Shown here in pieces: positions 9,806 through 19,132 of a stretch of 64,000 nucleotides of DNA. Every line of letters begins with the position of its first letter. Position 1 is the first letter of the stretch. This stretch comes from Dehalococcoidia bacterium (GTDB lineage Bacteria > Chloroflexota > Dehalococcoidia > Lucifugimonadales > VXLM01), in the NCBI GenBank assembly GCA_963662435.1, contig OY759598.1:1892507-1956506 (forward strand), written 5' to 3'. Under the pieces are notes generated by a model. It was not told where the DNA came from and did no database searches. It saw nothing but the letters and a program-made list of their open reading frames with translations. A program made the translations under genes and the position numbers.

Positions 9806-11287
9806 ATGCTAAAGACCGCAAACATGTCCGGATTGCGCCTGCCCCTGTGGGCCGTTCTTGCAGCATCCGTCACCGTTGGATTGATTGCAGTGGTCTTGAT
9901 GACTAGAGAAATCGCCGCCCAGTCCGACCAACTCATCCTGAAGGTCGCCAAGGAGTACGACGTAGCCATCGCCGGAGCCATGCAGGAAGACCGGTGGGGA
10001 TCTACAGTGTCAGTGGGCGACATCAACGCCGATGGACAGGACGACCTTCTGGTTGGCGCGCCGGGATCAGGACTGGACAGTCTTTTCAGAGCAGGCGCGG
10101 CGCTTGGGTTCTTTGGCCCTATAGACAGTACGGTAACCGAATCGGCACAGGCCGCGATAAAGATCAAGGGGTTTGACTTCACGGCAGGAATCGGCTCCGG
10201 GGTACTCATTGCCGATGTCGATGGGAACGGGGTCAACGACCTGATAATCAGTTCCGAAAAGATGGCCATGGACGACACCCGTCATGAGTCGGGCGTGATA
10301 CATACAGTGCTGGGTCCCGTGGGACCGACCGGCGCTAGCGCGGTCGACCTATCGACGCAGACCGCCTTTCGCATCTTCGGAGCTCACAGGAACTATCACA
10401 GTGGAAAGGGACTTGCGGCAGGAGACCTGAATAACGACGGCGTGCTCGATCTCGCGATCGGATCGCCGGGCGGATACGAACTTCGCAAGGGCGGCGTGGA
10501 GATAATCTTCGGGCCATTCGACGGCTCGGACATCGACCTGCTCACCGACACCGACGGACTACTGCTGGGTGCGACTGGGGCTATCTCAAGCACCAGGAAA
10601 GGCGACGGCGCGGGTGGGGCGGTCGCCATCGGCGACGTCACCGGAGACGGCATCAACGATCTGATCGTAAACTCCCGGAGCGCTGAGGTTGGCGACCTTG
10701 AAAATGCCGGGGAGACGTACATATTCTTCGGCCCCCTACAACACCTGGAAGGTGAATTGAAGAGTCTGGCCGACGTGACGCTGCAAGGGAACGCGGAGAA
10801 GGACACCGCTGCCGAGAGCGCGTTGGCCGTCGGCGATGTAAACGGGGACGGCACCAATGACCTTGTTATCGGCTCAAGCCAGTCCGACGTGTCGGGGACA
10901 ACCGGAGCGGGCAAGGTACTGATTCTGCAGGGACCCATTTCGGCCGGCACATACGACGTGGAAGCGGCTGCAAAGGTGGTTGTCGAAGGTGAAAATGCCA
11001 TCGACAACTTCGGTTCCAGCGTGGGCGTGGGTGACTTTAACGGAGACGGAGTTGCCGACCTTGTGGCAGCCGCAAATTTTGGCGACCCTGATGAAGCCAG
11101 GTCAAACGCCGGGATTACCTACATCATGTACGGCAATATCTTCGAACGCGAGCCCACTCCTGAGGAGTCGAATCTGCCCATAATCCTGGTCGGTGTGGGT
11201 GTAGGCGTCGTAATTATCGTTGGCGCCGTCCTGGCAATATGGTACCTCCGCCGGGTACGTCGCGGATCGATGCCCATGGAAGTTTGA
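9806..11287 (+). CDS. FG-GAP (integrin alpha-like) repeat surface protein
   Basis: Repeated GD(I/L/V/F)NxDGxxDL.(V/I)G motifs; N-terminal signal/TM and C-terminal TM followed by a basic tail. Confidence 0.88.
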   Translation: MLKTANMSGLRLPLWAVLAASVTVGLIAVVLMTREIAAQSDQLILKVAKEYDVAIAGAMQEDRWGSTVSVGDINADGQDDLLVGAPGSGLDSLFRAGAALGFFGPIDSTVTESAQAAIKIKGFDFTAGIGSGVLIADVDGNGVNDLIISSEKMAMDDTRHESGVIHTVLGPVGPTGASAVDLSTQTAFRIFGAHRNYHSGKGLAAGDLNNDGVLDLAIGSPGGYELRKGGVEIIFGPFDGSDIDLLTDTDGLLLGATGAISSTRKGDGAGGAVAIGDVTGDGINDLIVNSRSAEVGDLENAGETYIFFGPLQHLEGELKSLADVTLQGNAEKDTAAESALAVGDVNGDGTNDLVIGSSQSDVSGTTGAGKVLILQGPISAGTYDVEAAAKVVVEGENAIDNFGSSVGVGDFNGDGVADLVAAANFGDPDEARSNAGITYIMYGNIFEREPTPEESNLPIILVGVGVGVVIIVGAVLAIWYLRRVRRGSMPMEV

Positions 11288-11343
11288 GGACCCTTTCACA
11301 TCCAGTCAATTTGCCGCATGAACAAGAGCTCAAGGAGTACTGA

Positions 11344-12288
11344 ATGAACCGGGAAGAGTTGAAGACGATGATCGGCGGGTGCATAGCCACGCTGCCGACG
11401 CCGATGGACGACGATTTCAACCTGGATCTCGCCAGGACGGCGGAGATAACGCAGTGGTGGGTCGAGCAGGGGCTCGGCACCGGCACATCCCCGCTGAAGA
11501 CCTCGGCGGCAATGGGTGAAGGCCCTGACCTCGGCGACGACGAATGGCCGCACCTGCTGCGTACGGTCGTGCGGGCCGCGAACCCCGACACCAAGGTGAT
11601 CTGCGCCCTCAAACCGAAGAACACGCTTCACACGACCGAGGATGCGAAGAAGGCCCAAGACCTCGGGGCAATCGGGCTTCAGATCGACCTTCCATTCATG
11701 CACCACGCCAACCAGGACGACCTCGTTCGGTTCTACTCGGACATATCCGACGGCATCGATATCGGCATCATGATCTACAACACTCACTGGTTTACATCCG
11801 ATGCGTCGGTGGAGGCCATGCGAGCCGAGACGATGCTGCGTTTGAAGGACGCAGAGCACGTGGTGGCGCTCAAGTGGAGCGCTCCCGAGGGAACTGACAT
11901 CGACTACGACGATATGACCCAGTTCGCCGACACCTTCAATGTGATCGACAACTCCGGTCAGCCGGTTCGCTGCCATAAGAACGGCGGCAGGGGATACATC
12001 AGCCCGTGGGTGGCGGCGTACCCGAAGCATGACCTGCAGGTGTGGGAGCTCCTCGAGGCCGGCAAGTACGACGAGGCTCAGGCTGAAAAAGACCGCGTCG
12101 GCTCCATCATCGGCCCCTGGGGCGCGAAGACGGGCGCCAAGTCGGGGGGATATCGCCAGATGAAGGGCATCATGGCGGCGATGGGCAACCCCGTCGGACC
12201 GCCGCGACCCCCTACCCTGCCGTGCTCGGAAGACGAGGTCGCCGAGGCCAGAGACGTCGTGGCAGAGTTGGGCTGGAGCGTTGGCTAA
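11344..12288 (+). CDS. Dihydrodipicolinate synthase (class I aldolase) family protein, paralog 1
   Basis: PTPMDDD..LD, GE motif, IMIYN Tyr, VALKWS Schiff-base Lys, GPPRPPTLP. Confidence 0.85.
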   Translation: MNREELKTMIGGCIATLPTPMDDDFNLDLARTAEITQWWVEQGLGTGTSPLKTSAAMGEGPDLGDDEWPHLLRTVVRAANPDTKVICALKPKNTLHTTEDAKKAQDLGAIGLQIDLPFMHHANQDDLVRFYSDISDGIDIGIMIYNTHWFTSDASVEAMRAETMLRLKDAEHVVALKWSAPEGTDIDYDDMTQFADTFNVIDNSGQPVRCHKNGGRGYISPWVAAYPKHDLQVWELLEAGKYDEAQAEKDRVGSIIGPWGAKTGAKSGGYRQMKGIMAAMGNPVGPPRPPTLPCSEDEVAEARDVVAELGWSVG

Positions 12289-12733
12289 CGTGGCCGGTTC
12301 CGCGGCTACATTCAGCCGCCTGACTCCGATGCTTGTCACTGATGACATGGAGAAGACCATCTCCTTCTATCGTGACGTCCTCGGCTTTCGGGTTACGGCC
12401 CAGATCCCGGATGAGAATCCGACTTGGTGCTTTCTCCTCAGGGACGATGCGGCACTCATGTTCACGACTCCCGAAGAGCATGACCACGACCACGACGATG
12501 GGCATGGCCATGACCACAATGGGGACGACGGACACAGCCACGACCATGAGCACTCCGGGGCGGTAGGCCTTTGGACGATGTACGTCTACTCTAAAGGCGT
12601 GGAGGCGCTTTGGAACGAGTTCAAGGACGACCCGAAGATTGAGTACCCGTTGTACGACACTCACTATGGAATGAGGGAATTTGGGATGCGGGACTGTGAC
12701 GGCAATATGCTGAGCTTCGGCAGGGACATCTGA
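12281..12733 (+). CDS. VOC/bleomycin-resistance family protein with His/Asp-rich insert
   Basis: PMLVTDDMEKTISFYRDVLGF, YGMREFGMRDCDGNMLSFG. Confidence 0.85.
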   Translation: MANVAGSAATFSRLTPMLVTDDMEKTISFYRDVLGFRVTAQIPDENPTWCFLLRDDAALMFTTPEEHDHDHDDGHGHDHNGDDGHSHDHEHSGAVGLWTMYVYSKGVEALWNEFKDDPKIEYPLYDTHYGMREFGMRDCDGNMLSFGRDI

Positions 12734-12738
12734 CGCAT

Positions 12739-13155
12739 ATGCCCGACGTCAAAATAAGTGGACCCGTTCTCGTCCTCATCACCGAGGATATTCAAAGGGC
12801 AATCGCCCACTATCGCGACACGTTGGGATTTGAGCTGGCCGGCTCCATGCCCGAAGTCGAGCCCACGTGGTGCCTCATGAAACGGGACCAAACGAGGATC
12901 ATGTTTCTCGGGTCGCACGACCATGATGATGAAGTTGGGCATGAGCACGAGGGTGACGATCACGGACATGTACACGCTCCGGCAATAAGCTCCCTGTACT
13001 TCTATCCTGACGACATTGATACTCTGTGGGATGAACTCAAGGACAAGGTCGAGATCGAGCACCCGTTGAAGGACATGGACTACGGGATGCGCGAGTTCAC
13101 GATACGCGACCCAAACGGCTACGCACTGAACTTCGGCAGTCCCATCAGCGCCTAA
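12739..13155 (+). CDS. VOC/bleomycin-resistance family protein with His/Asp-rich insert
   Basis: DIQRAIAHYRDTLGF, YGMREFTIRDPNGYALNFG. Confidence 0.85.
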   Translation: MPDVKISGPVLVLITEDIQRAIAHYRDTLGFELAGSMPEVEPTWCLMKRDQTRIMFLGSHDHDDEVGHEHEGDDHGHVHAPAISSLYFYPDDIDTLWDELKDKVEIEHPLKDMDYGMREFTIRDPNGYALNFGSPISA

Positions 13156-13193
13156 AATCAAAGCAAACCAAAACGAAACGAAGAAGGGAAATC

Positions 13194-14123
13194 ATGGACA
13201 GAGACGAACTGAGGAAACTGATTCAGGGAACGGTTGTGACGACGCCGACGCCAATGGACAAGGACATGAAGGTTGACTACGCTCGGATCACCGAGGTCAC
13301 GCGCTGGTGGGTCGAGCAGGGGCTGGGGACGAACGTGGCTCCGCTCAAGGTGTGCGCGGCAGGAGGCGAGGGGCCAGCCCTGACCGACTCCGAATGGGAG
13401 CAGGTCATCAGGACTACGGTGAACGCCGCCGGGCCGGATGCCGTGATCATGTGCGCCCTGAAGGCAAAGAGCACGTACCATACGATCGAGGACGCCAAGA
13501 AGGCACAGGATCTAGGGATTGTTGGCCTCCAAGTCGATTTGCCGTTCTCCTTCCATCCGAACCAGGACGACTACGTGCGGTTCTTCACGGACATTTCGGA
13601 TCAAATCGACATCGGCATCATGATCTACAACACGTTCTGGTGGGGCTGTCCCGGCGTCACGCCGGAGACGATGGACCGCCTTCGGGACGCCGAGAAGGTC
13701 GTCGCGCTAAAGTACAGCTCGCCGCCTGACCGGGACTACGACGAGATGCGGGAGTACTCCGACCACTTCAACGTCATCAACAACGGCGGCAAGCCCGTTC
13801 GCTGCCACCAGCTTGGCGGGCGTGGCTACATCACGTCCACGGCCACGGCGTACGCTCCATTCGACCTCAACTTCTGGTCCCTGTTGGAGGCCAAGAAGTA
13901 CGACGAGGCGCAGGAAGCGATGGACAGCGTTGACTCGAAATTCAAAGACTGGCGAGTCAAGAACAAGGACCACTCAGGGGGTTACCAGCATCTCAAGGCC
14001 TACATGAAGGTCGTGGGCATGGACTGCGGCGAGACGCGCGAGCCCTCGCACTGGCTGTCCGACGAGCTGATGGATGACCTGAGGGACATATTCCGTGAGA
14101 TTGGGTGGCCGGTGAAGGGATAA
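13194..14123 (+). CDS. DHDPS family protein, paralog 2
   Basis: PTPMDKD, AAGGEG, IMIYN, VALKYS. Confidence 0.85.
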   Translation: MDRDELRKLIQGTVVTTPTPMDKDMKVDYARITEVTRWWVEQGLGTNVAPLKVCAAGGEGPALTDSEWEQVIRTTVNAAGPDAVIMCALKAKSTYHTIEDAKKAQDLGIVGLQVDLPFSFHPNQDDYVRFFTDISDQIDIGIMIYNTFWWGCPGVTPETMDRLRDAEKVVALKYSSPPDRDYDEMREYSDHFNVINNGGKPVRCHQLGGRGYITSTATAYAPFDLNFWSLLEAKKYDEAQEAMDSVDSKFKDWRVKNKDHSGGYQHLKAYMKVVGMDCGETREPSHWLSDELMDDLRDIFREIGWPVKG

Positions 14124-14278
14124 CTAAATGTGATAGGGGGTGTCCAAGAGATCATCCGAAACCGCTTATGGCGCTTTCGTTGAACCATCAGCGGCTCAAC
14201 CACCCTTCGACAAGCTCAGGGTGAACGGGGTCCTCTTTTTGATACCCTCATAGGCAACTACCTGCGAGGAGCAGCAAA

Positions 14279-15199
14279 ATGAATCGAGAAGAACTCAAGC
14301 AAATCATCAGGGGCGTATCGGTCGCAGTGCCTACGCCGTTCGACAGTGACTACCGGCTCGATCTGGCCGCGGCGACCGACCTGACTCAATGGTGGGTCAG
14401 CGAGGGACTCGGCACGAGCACGTCCATGATCAAGCTGTGCTCGGCATGGGGGCAGGGGCCTGACATCTCCGACAACGAGTGGCCCCATCTCGTGCGAACG
14501 GTGGTCAACGCCGGGGGGCCGGGCGTCAACGTGATGTGCGGCCTGAAGTCGAAGGACACGCTGCGCACCATCGAGGACGCGAAGATCGCCCAGGATATGG
14601 GCGCGAACAGCCTCCAGATCGAGTTGCCGTACAACCACGCGCCGAACCAGGACCAGTACGTCAAGCACTTCACCATGATCTCGGACGCCATCGACATCGG
14701 GATCATGATCTATAACACATACTGGTTCGGGGTAGCTCCCCTCGAGCCTGAGACGATGCACCGCCTCGAGGACGCCGAGCACGTTGCGGCTGTCAAGTGG
14801 AACTACCCCGATCCCGACGGGTACGACAAGATGCAGGAGTTTTCGGACACCTTCAACGTCATCGACAACTCCGGCCAGCACGCGCGCTGCTTCAAGAACG
14901 GCGGCGCGGGTATCGTGAGCGCCTTCGCCCCGGCCTACCCGGCACACGACCTCAAGGTCGCTGAGCTCCTCGCCGACGGCAAGTACGACGACGCCGAGGC
15001 CATGGTCGAAGAGGAGGACGAGGCGTTTGGCCCCGTCCGCGCGATGATCTCCGCGAACGGCGGCGGATACCGCATGGCCAAGGGGATGATGGACATAGTA
15101 GGTCATCCCACAGGGCCGCCTCGCCTGCCGACGGAACCGCTCAACGACGAGGAACTGGCGGCGCTGCGCGCGGCGATGGAGAAGCTCGGCTGGGTGTAG
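14279..15199 (+). CDS. DHDPS family protein, paralog 3
   Basis: PTPFDSD, SAWGQG, IMIYN, AVKWN, GPPRLP. Confidence 0.85.
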   Translation: MNREELKQIIRGVSVAVPTPFDSDYRLDLAAATDLTQWWVSEGLGTSTSMIKLCSAWGQGPDISDNEWPHLVRTVVNAGGPGVNVMCGLKSKDTLRTIEDAKIAQDMGANSLQIELPYNHAPNQDQYVKHFTMISDAIDIGIMIYNTYWFGVAPLEPETMHRLEDAEHVAAVKWNYPDPDGYDKMQEFSDTFNVIDNSGQHARCFKNGGAGIVSAFAPAYPAHDLKVAELLADGKYDDAEAMVEEEDEAFGPVRAMISANGGGYRMAKGMMDIVGHPTGPPRLPTEPLNDEELAALRAAMEKLGWV

Positions 15200-15220
15200 T
15201 TACACTTTAATTGACAAGCA

Positions 15221-15246
15221 AGTCCGCACCTAAACTGGTGCGGACT
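15221..15246 (+). terminator. Stem-loop after DHDPS paralog 3
   Basis: AGTCCGCACC-TAAACT-GGTGCGGACT, a perfect 10-bp stem; no U-tract. Confidence 0.35.
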
Positions 15247-15585
15247 CACAGGGAGACTCGAACAATTTCGAGCCTTACCTGCTCGCCACCTCGGCCGCTG
15301 CAGTCTGGCCAGTAGCCTGCTCAAGAACGTTCTCCACGGTTTGTGACTGTGCCATTTGGGTCTGAGTAACTAAAGGGTAATTTTGGAGGACGAGAATTTT
15401 AGATTCCTCACTCCGCTACGCTGCGCTCGGAATGACAGGAGGCGGGGATATGTCGCCTTGCCTAGTAGTCATGGACAGGTAAGGGCGGACCCCTCCCAAT
15501 CATAATAGTGCCGATAACGGTACTATTATGGTAAGGAATCGGTAATCAGAATTCGGGACCATCGCAGCGTCCAGTATCGCTGAGT

Positions 15586-15648
15586 AAGGCAGTGCTGGAT
15601 AACGAGGCGTGGGTCTCGACAGCATTCCTCACTGACAGGCCTGTGTGA
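15586..15648 (+). pseudogene. Possible C-terminal remnant of a toxin gene upstream of the DUF2283-like gene
   Basis: KAVLDNEAWVSTAFLTDRPV* with no convincing start and an in-frame TAA at 15532; ends 9 nt before the next ATG. Confidence 0.35.
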
Positions 15649-15657
15649 GGCACTGCA

Positions 15658-16104
15658 ATGGACAACCGAAAGATAGCAGTTTGGTATGACGAAGAGAACG
15701 ACACGATCCATGCTCGTTGGAAGAGCGGCAGCGGCTACTACTCGCCAACGGATGACGATCGTGTGCTGGAACGCGTATCCGAGGACGGCAGCGAGTCTCT
15801 CGGCTTCATGATCGAAAACGTACGGTCCCTGACGAGGGACGACAAGGCCGAGTTCGAGCTCGGCGTCGGCGCGACCGGCGACATCAAGAACCTGAGCGTG
15901 GAGATGGCGGCGGAACATTTGGGCGTCAGCCCGCGGTACGTCCGCCGGCTCTGCAAGGATGGCAGGGTGCGGGGGGCCAAGCGCCTAGGGCACAGCTGGG
16001 TGATTCCCGTACCGATTAGAATCGCTGTCGGTAGCCGAGGGAGGACTGGTGTCGCCGGAATGGTCCACGCGCTGAACGAAACGCGCGGAGAATATAGGGC
16101 CTAG
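15658..16104 (+). CDS. DUF2283-like antitoxin domain fused to an excisionase/MerR-like HTH
   Basis: VWYDEENDTIH...LGFMIENV (DUF2283-like); LSVEMAAEHLGVSPRYVRRLCKDGRV.GAKRLGHSWVIP (HTH_17-like). Confidence 0.7.
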   Translation: MDNRKIAVWYDEENDTIHARWKSGSGYYSPTDDDRVLERVSEDGSESLGFMIENVRSLTRDDKAEFELGVGATGDIKNLSVEMAAEHLGVSPRYVRRLCKDGRVRGAKRLGHSWVIPVPIRIAVGSRGRTGVAGMVHALNETRGEYRA

Positions 16105-16538
16105 AGGCCGTCGGCAAGCGCTTTGAGTTCCACTGTGCGACGCGAACGCTTAGAGGCTATCCGGTCGAAGGCGCGGGGGACGTCGGCCAGCAGGTCGCGT
16201 GACGAGTCGCCAGCGGCGCGGTAGAAGGCGATGATGGTGTCTTCGTTGGCGGCCAGGACGGCGACGACTTCAACAGGCGAACCGGGCAGGTCGGTGGCTA
16301 GCTCGTAGTCGTCGGTGTCGATGCCCTCGAAGGCGAACTGGGTGTCGAGGGCGTCACTGACGACTCCGATGTACGCGCGGTCGATGCTTCCAACGTTGCG
16401 CTTATTCTCTTTGATATACGGCGCGAGGGCCGGCTGCCAGTCAGGGCGTCGCTCAGAGACGCGCTCGTAGAGGACACGGGACTCGTCTTCGAGTTGCTTG
16501 GCGAACCTAATGGCAGCCGAGGCGGTGTTCAGCTTCAC
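16101..16538 (-). CDS. Ferritin/rubrerythrin-like four-helix protein
   Basis: AIRFAKQLEDES..LY and NEDTIIAFY helix repeats; GTG start abuts the mmsA stop. Confidence 0.6.
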   Translation of the reverse strand: MKLNTASAAIRFAKQLEDESRVLYERVSERRPDWQPALAPYIKENKRNVGSIDRAYIGVVSDALDTQFAFEGIDTDDYELATDLPGSPVEVVAVLAANEDTIIAFYRAAGDSSRDLLADVPRAFDRIASKRSRRTVELKALADGL

Positions 16539-18023
16539 CTAGAGCCACCTCTGCACGACGACCTTGCCCTCGGTGAAGAAGCGGACGGCGTCGGGACCTT
16601 GCCCATGGAGGGTGCCGAAGAAGGAGTCCTTCATTCCGCCGAAGGGGAAGAAGGCCATGGGCGCTGCTATGCCGATGTTGACGCCGATATTGCCGGCCTG
16701 CGTGTTGTACTGGAACTCGCGGGCGTTCCTTCCGCTCGTGGTGAAGATGCAGGCGGAGTTGCCATAGGGATTCGTGTGAATCGTGTCGATGGCCTCCTGG
16801 AGCGTACCGGCGCGGAGAACGGACATGACCGGGCCGAATATCTCCTCGCGTCCGATGCCCATGTCGGGTTCGACGTCCTCAAATATCGTCGGGTTGAGAA
16901 AGCACGTTTCGGGGTACTCGCCTACCAGGTCGATGGAGCGACCGTCGAGTCGAAGCCGAGCGCCGTCGTCGACCCCCTGCTCGATGTAGCCGAGGACGCG
17001 GTCCTTGCCGTCGGGCGACTGCATGGGGCCCATCTGCACCGACTCGTCGAGGCCGTAGCCGACGCGGATGCGGGCACTCGCCTCCGAAAGCTCATCCATG
17101 AAGGAGTCGTGGAACGAGTCGTCGCCGACGACGAGGAGATTCGCGCCGGAGAGGCAGCGCTGTCCGGCATTGCCGTAGAAGGAGGTCAGCAACGCGGGGA
17201 TGGTCGCGCGGGTATTTGCGTCCGGCATGACGACGACGTAGTTCTTCGCGCCGCCCTGGGCGATGGCGCGCTTACCGGCCGCGCCGGCACGCTTGTAGAC
17301 CTCCCTTGCGACGGGAGTCGAGCCGACGAACGCGACTCCCTCGACGTCCGGGTTCTCGATCAGGGTGTTGGCGGCATCGGTGCCACCGTTGACGACCTGC
17401 CAGACGCCGGGCGGGAAATCGGCCTCGTCGACGAGCTCGGCAATCTTCGTCTGGCTTATGGGGTCTCTGGGCGACGGCTTGACGATGACGCAGTTGCCGG
17501 TCGCGACGGCGTAGGGTGCGAACCACAGGGGCACCATGAAGGGGAAGTTGAACGGCGCGATTACGGCGAACGTGCCGAGCGGCTGGCGGATGACATACTC
17601 GTCGATGCCGCTGGCGATGTCTTCGAGATTGTATCCCATCATCATCGAGGGTATGCCGGAGGCGACCTCCACCTGCTCGATGCCGCGCCTGGTCTCGCCG
17701 CGCGACTCGTCGATGGTCTTGCCGTGCTCCAGAGTCTGGACGCGGCTGAGTTCCTCGAAGTTCTCCTCCATGAGCTCGCGGAGCCGGTGCAGGTAGCGGG
17801 CCCGAGTCACGGGAGGAGTTGAGCGCCATTCGGGGAAGACGTCCTTCGCCTCCTGGATCGCGTCGTCGACCTCGTCGTCAGTCGAGGTGGGCACGTGGGC
17901 GATGACGCGCTGCCTGGCCGGGTCCATGATGTCGTGGTATTCCCCTTCGGACCGGAGCCACTCCCCGCCGATGTAGTTCTGGACGACGATTGGATCGGTG
18001 ATCGGCTCTTGCAGGATGGTCAT
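16539..18023 (-). CDS. mmsA: CoA-acylating methylmalonate-semialdehyde dehydrogenase
   Basis: APFNFPFMVPLW, FVGSTPVA, GGAKNY, GNAGQRC, EEIFGPV, APMAFFPFGGMKDSFFG. Confidence 0.93.
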   Translation of the reverse strand: MTILQEPITDPIVVQNYIGGEWLRSEGEYHDIMDPARQRVIAHVPTSTDDEVDDAIQEAKDVFPEWRSTPPVTRARYLHRLRELMEENFEELSRVQTLEHGKTIDESRGETRRGIEQVEVASGIPSMMMGYNLEDIASGIDEYVIRQPLGTFAVIAPFNFPFMVPLWFAPYAVATGNCVIVKPSPRDPISQTKIAELVDEADFPPGVWQVVNGGTDAANTLIENPDVEGVAFVGSTPVAREVYKRAGAAGKRAIAQGGAKNYVVVMPDANTRATIPALLTSFYGNAGQRCLSGANLLVVGDDSFHDSFMDELSEASARIRVGYGLDESVQMGPMQSPDGKDRVLGYIEQGVDDGARLRLDGRSIDLVGEYPETCFLNPTIFEDVEPDMGIGREEIFGPVMSVLRAGTLQEAIDTIHTNPYGNSACIFTTSGRNAREFQYNTQAGNIGVNIGIAAPMAFFPFGGMKDSFFGTLHGQGPDAVRFFTEGKVVVQRWL

Positions 18024-18240
18024 TTGGCCTCCGGGTGGGTGCGAGATCGGGGTAATTGTACTGGTTTTGGGGGCTAGGTGGACAGGGTTGGCGTGGGCAC
18101 GGTAGATATGCCAATTCGGTCTGAAGCGCCATCCTGTCGATGGGTAGCCATAGTGGATTCCCGCCTTCGGGAAAATGACGGGATGTGCAGATAGACGCGA
18201 GGCCGCCTGTAAGCCGGGAATTATGCGGAATAGGGGCGTT

Positions 18241-18280
18241 CACCCTCACCCCAACCCTCTCCCGCGAACGGGAGAGAGGG
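18241..18280. repeat. Palindromic repeat family C (CACCCTCACCCxAxCCCTCTCCC..GGGAGAGGG)
   Basis: Copies at 18241, 18803, 24371 and inverted at 56010-56048 (identical to the 18803 copy). Confidence 0.85.
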
Positions 18281-18335
18281 TTTCGCATTGGTCTGCTCTA
18301 TCGGGAGCGACAATCTTCGTTACGGCAGGTAAGAC

Positions 18336-18728
18336 GCAAGGCCGCCTGTAAGCCGAGTTCTGTACCCCGCGCCATATTGGTTTACGCCCGTTAGGGCTTC
18401 CTCCCGATGGAGCGCGGTTTGGCGACCATCTATCTAGCCCTCCCGTTACCGAGAGGGTCGAGCAGCCAACCCGGGGACAGGCTGGGCGCCTTGAGTCCCT
18501 CTATTTGGCCTTGCACCGGATGGGGTTTACCGTGCCCTCGATGTCACCACCGAGGCGGTGAGCTCTTACCTCGCCATTTCACCCTTATCCCCCAGTGAAT
18601 GAGGGACGGTATGTTTTCTGTGGCACTTTCCGTCGGGTCGCCCCGCCCCGCCGTTAGCGGGCATCCTGCCCAGTGGTGCTCGGACTTTCCTCCCCGACGA
18701 ATCGGAGCGGCCGCCCGGCGACCTTGCC
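18336..18728 (-). ncRNA. rnpB: RNase P RNA (type A)
   Basis: Minus strand has GAGGAAAGTCCGAGCAC near the 5' end, AGTGCCACAGAAAAC, GGTGAAATGGCGAGGTAAGAGC, GGTAAACCCCATCCGGTGCAAG and ACAGAACTCGGCTTACAG at the 3' end; P1 helix GCAAGGTCGCC/GGCGGCCTTGC. Confidence 0.97.
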
Positions 18729-18733
18729 GTTCT

Positions 18734-18761
18734 ATTGTACGTGTCTGCCGCGAGTTGTCAC
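18734..18761 (-). promoter_or_regulatory. Putative rnpB promoter
   Basis: GTGACA, 16 nt, TACAAT on the minus strand just upstream of the P1 helix. Confidence 0.6.
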
Positions 18762-19132
18762 TAGTACCAGTTCCCAAGGATCTGGGTCGATTGCTCCAAC
18801 AACACCCTCACCCTAGCCCTCTCCCGCGAACGGGAGAGGGGGTCTACGTTCACCAGAATGCACCCCCGGCACTGTCATTCTGAGCGGAGCGCAGCGGAGT
18901 CGAAGAATCTAAATGTCTGTCCTAGTGTAAAGCAGACTTAGGGGTTACGTGCGCTGTTTTCGCTCTTGGTCACTATAGAAGCACGGCACCAGCTGTCCGG
19001 TCTTGCGGTTATGGATTCTAGAATCCTCGCTACACTCGGAATGACAGAGAAACGGGGCCGGATCATAGTTACAAACCATTTTACATACCCATGTCAGCCC
19101 GCGAAGGGAGAGGGGATGCTCGCCTTTCGACT

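Noticed and set aside
11344..15199. Assigning dapA to the DHDPS-like genes
   Set aside because: GTTGE loop absent and no lysine pathway context
16494..17822. Long antisense ORFs (also 19091-20305, 33723-34802, 11296-12360, 45742-46650, 25250-26155)
   Set aside because: Shadow frames of well-supported genes in high-GC DNA, with no recognisable motifs
18544..18883. Short ORFs overlapping rnpB
   Set aside because: Explained by the RNase P RNA gene and repeats
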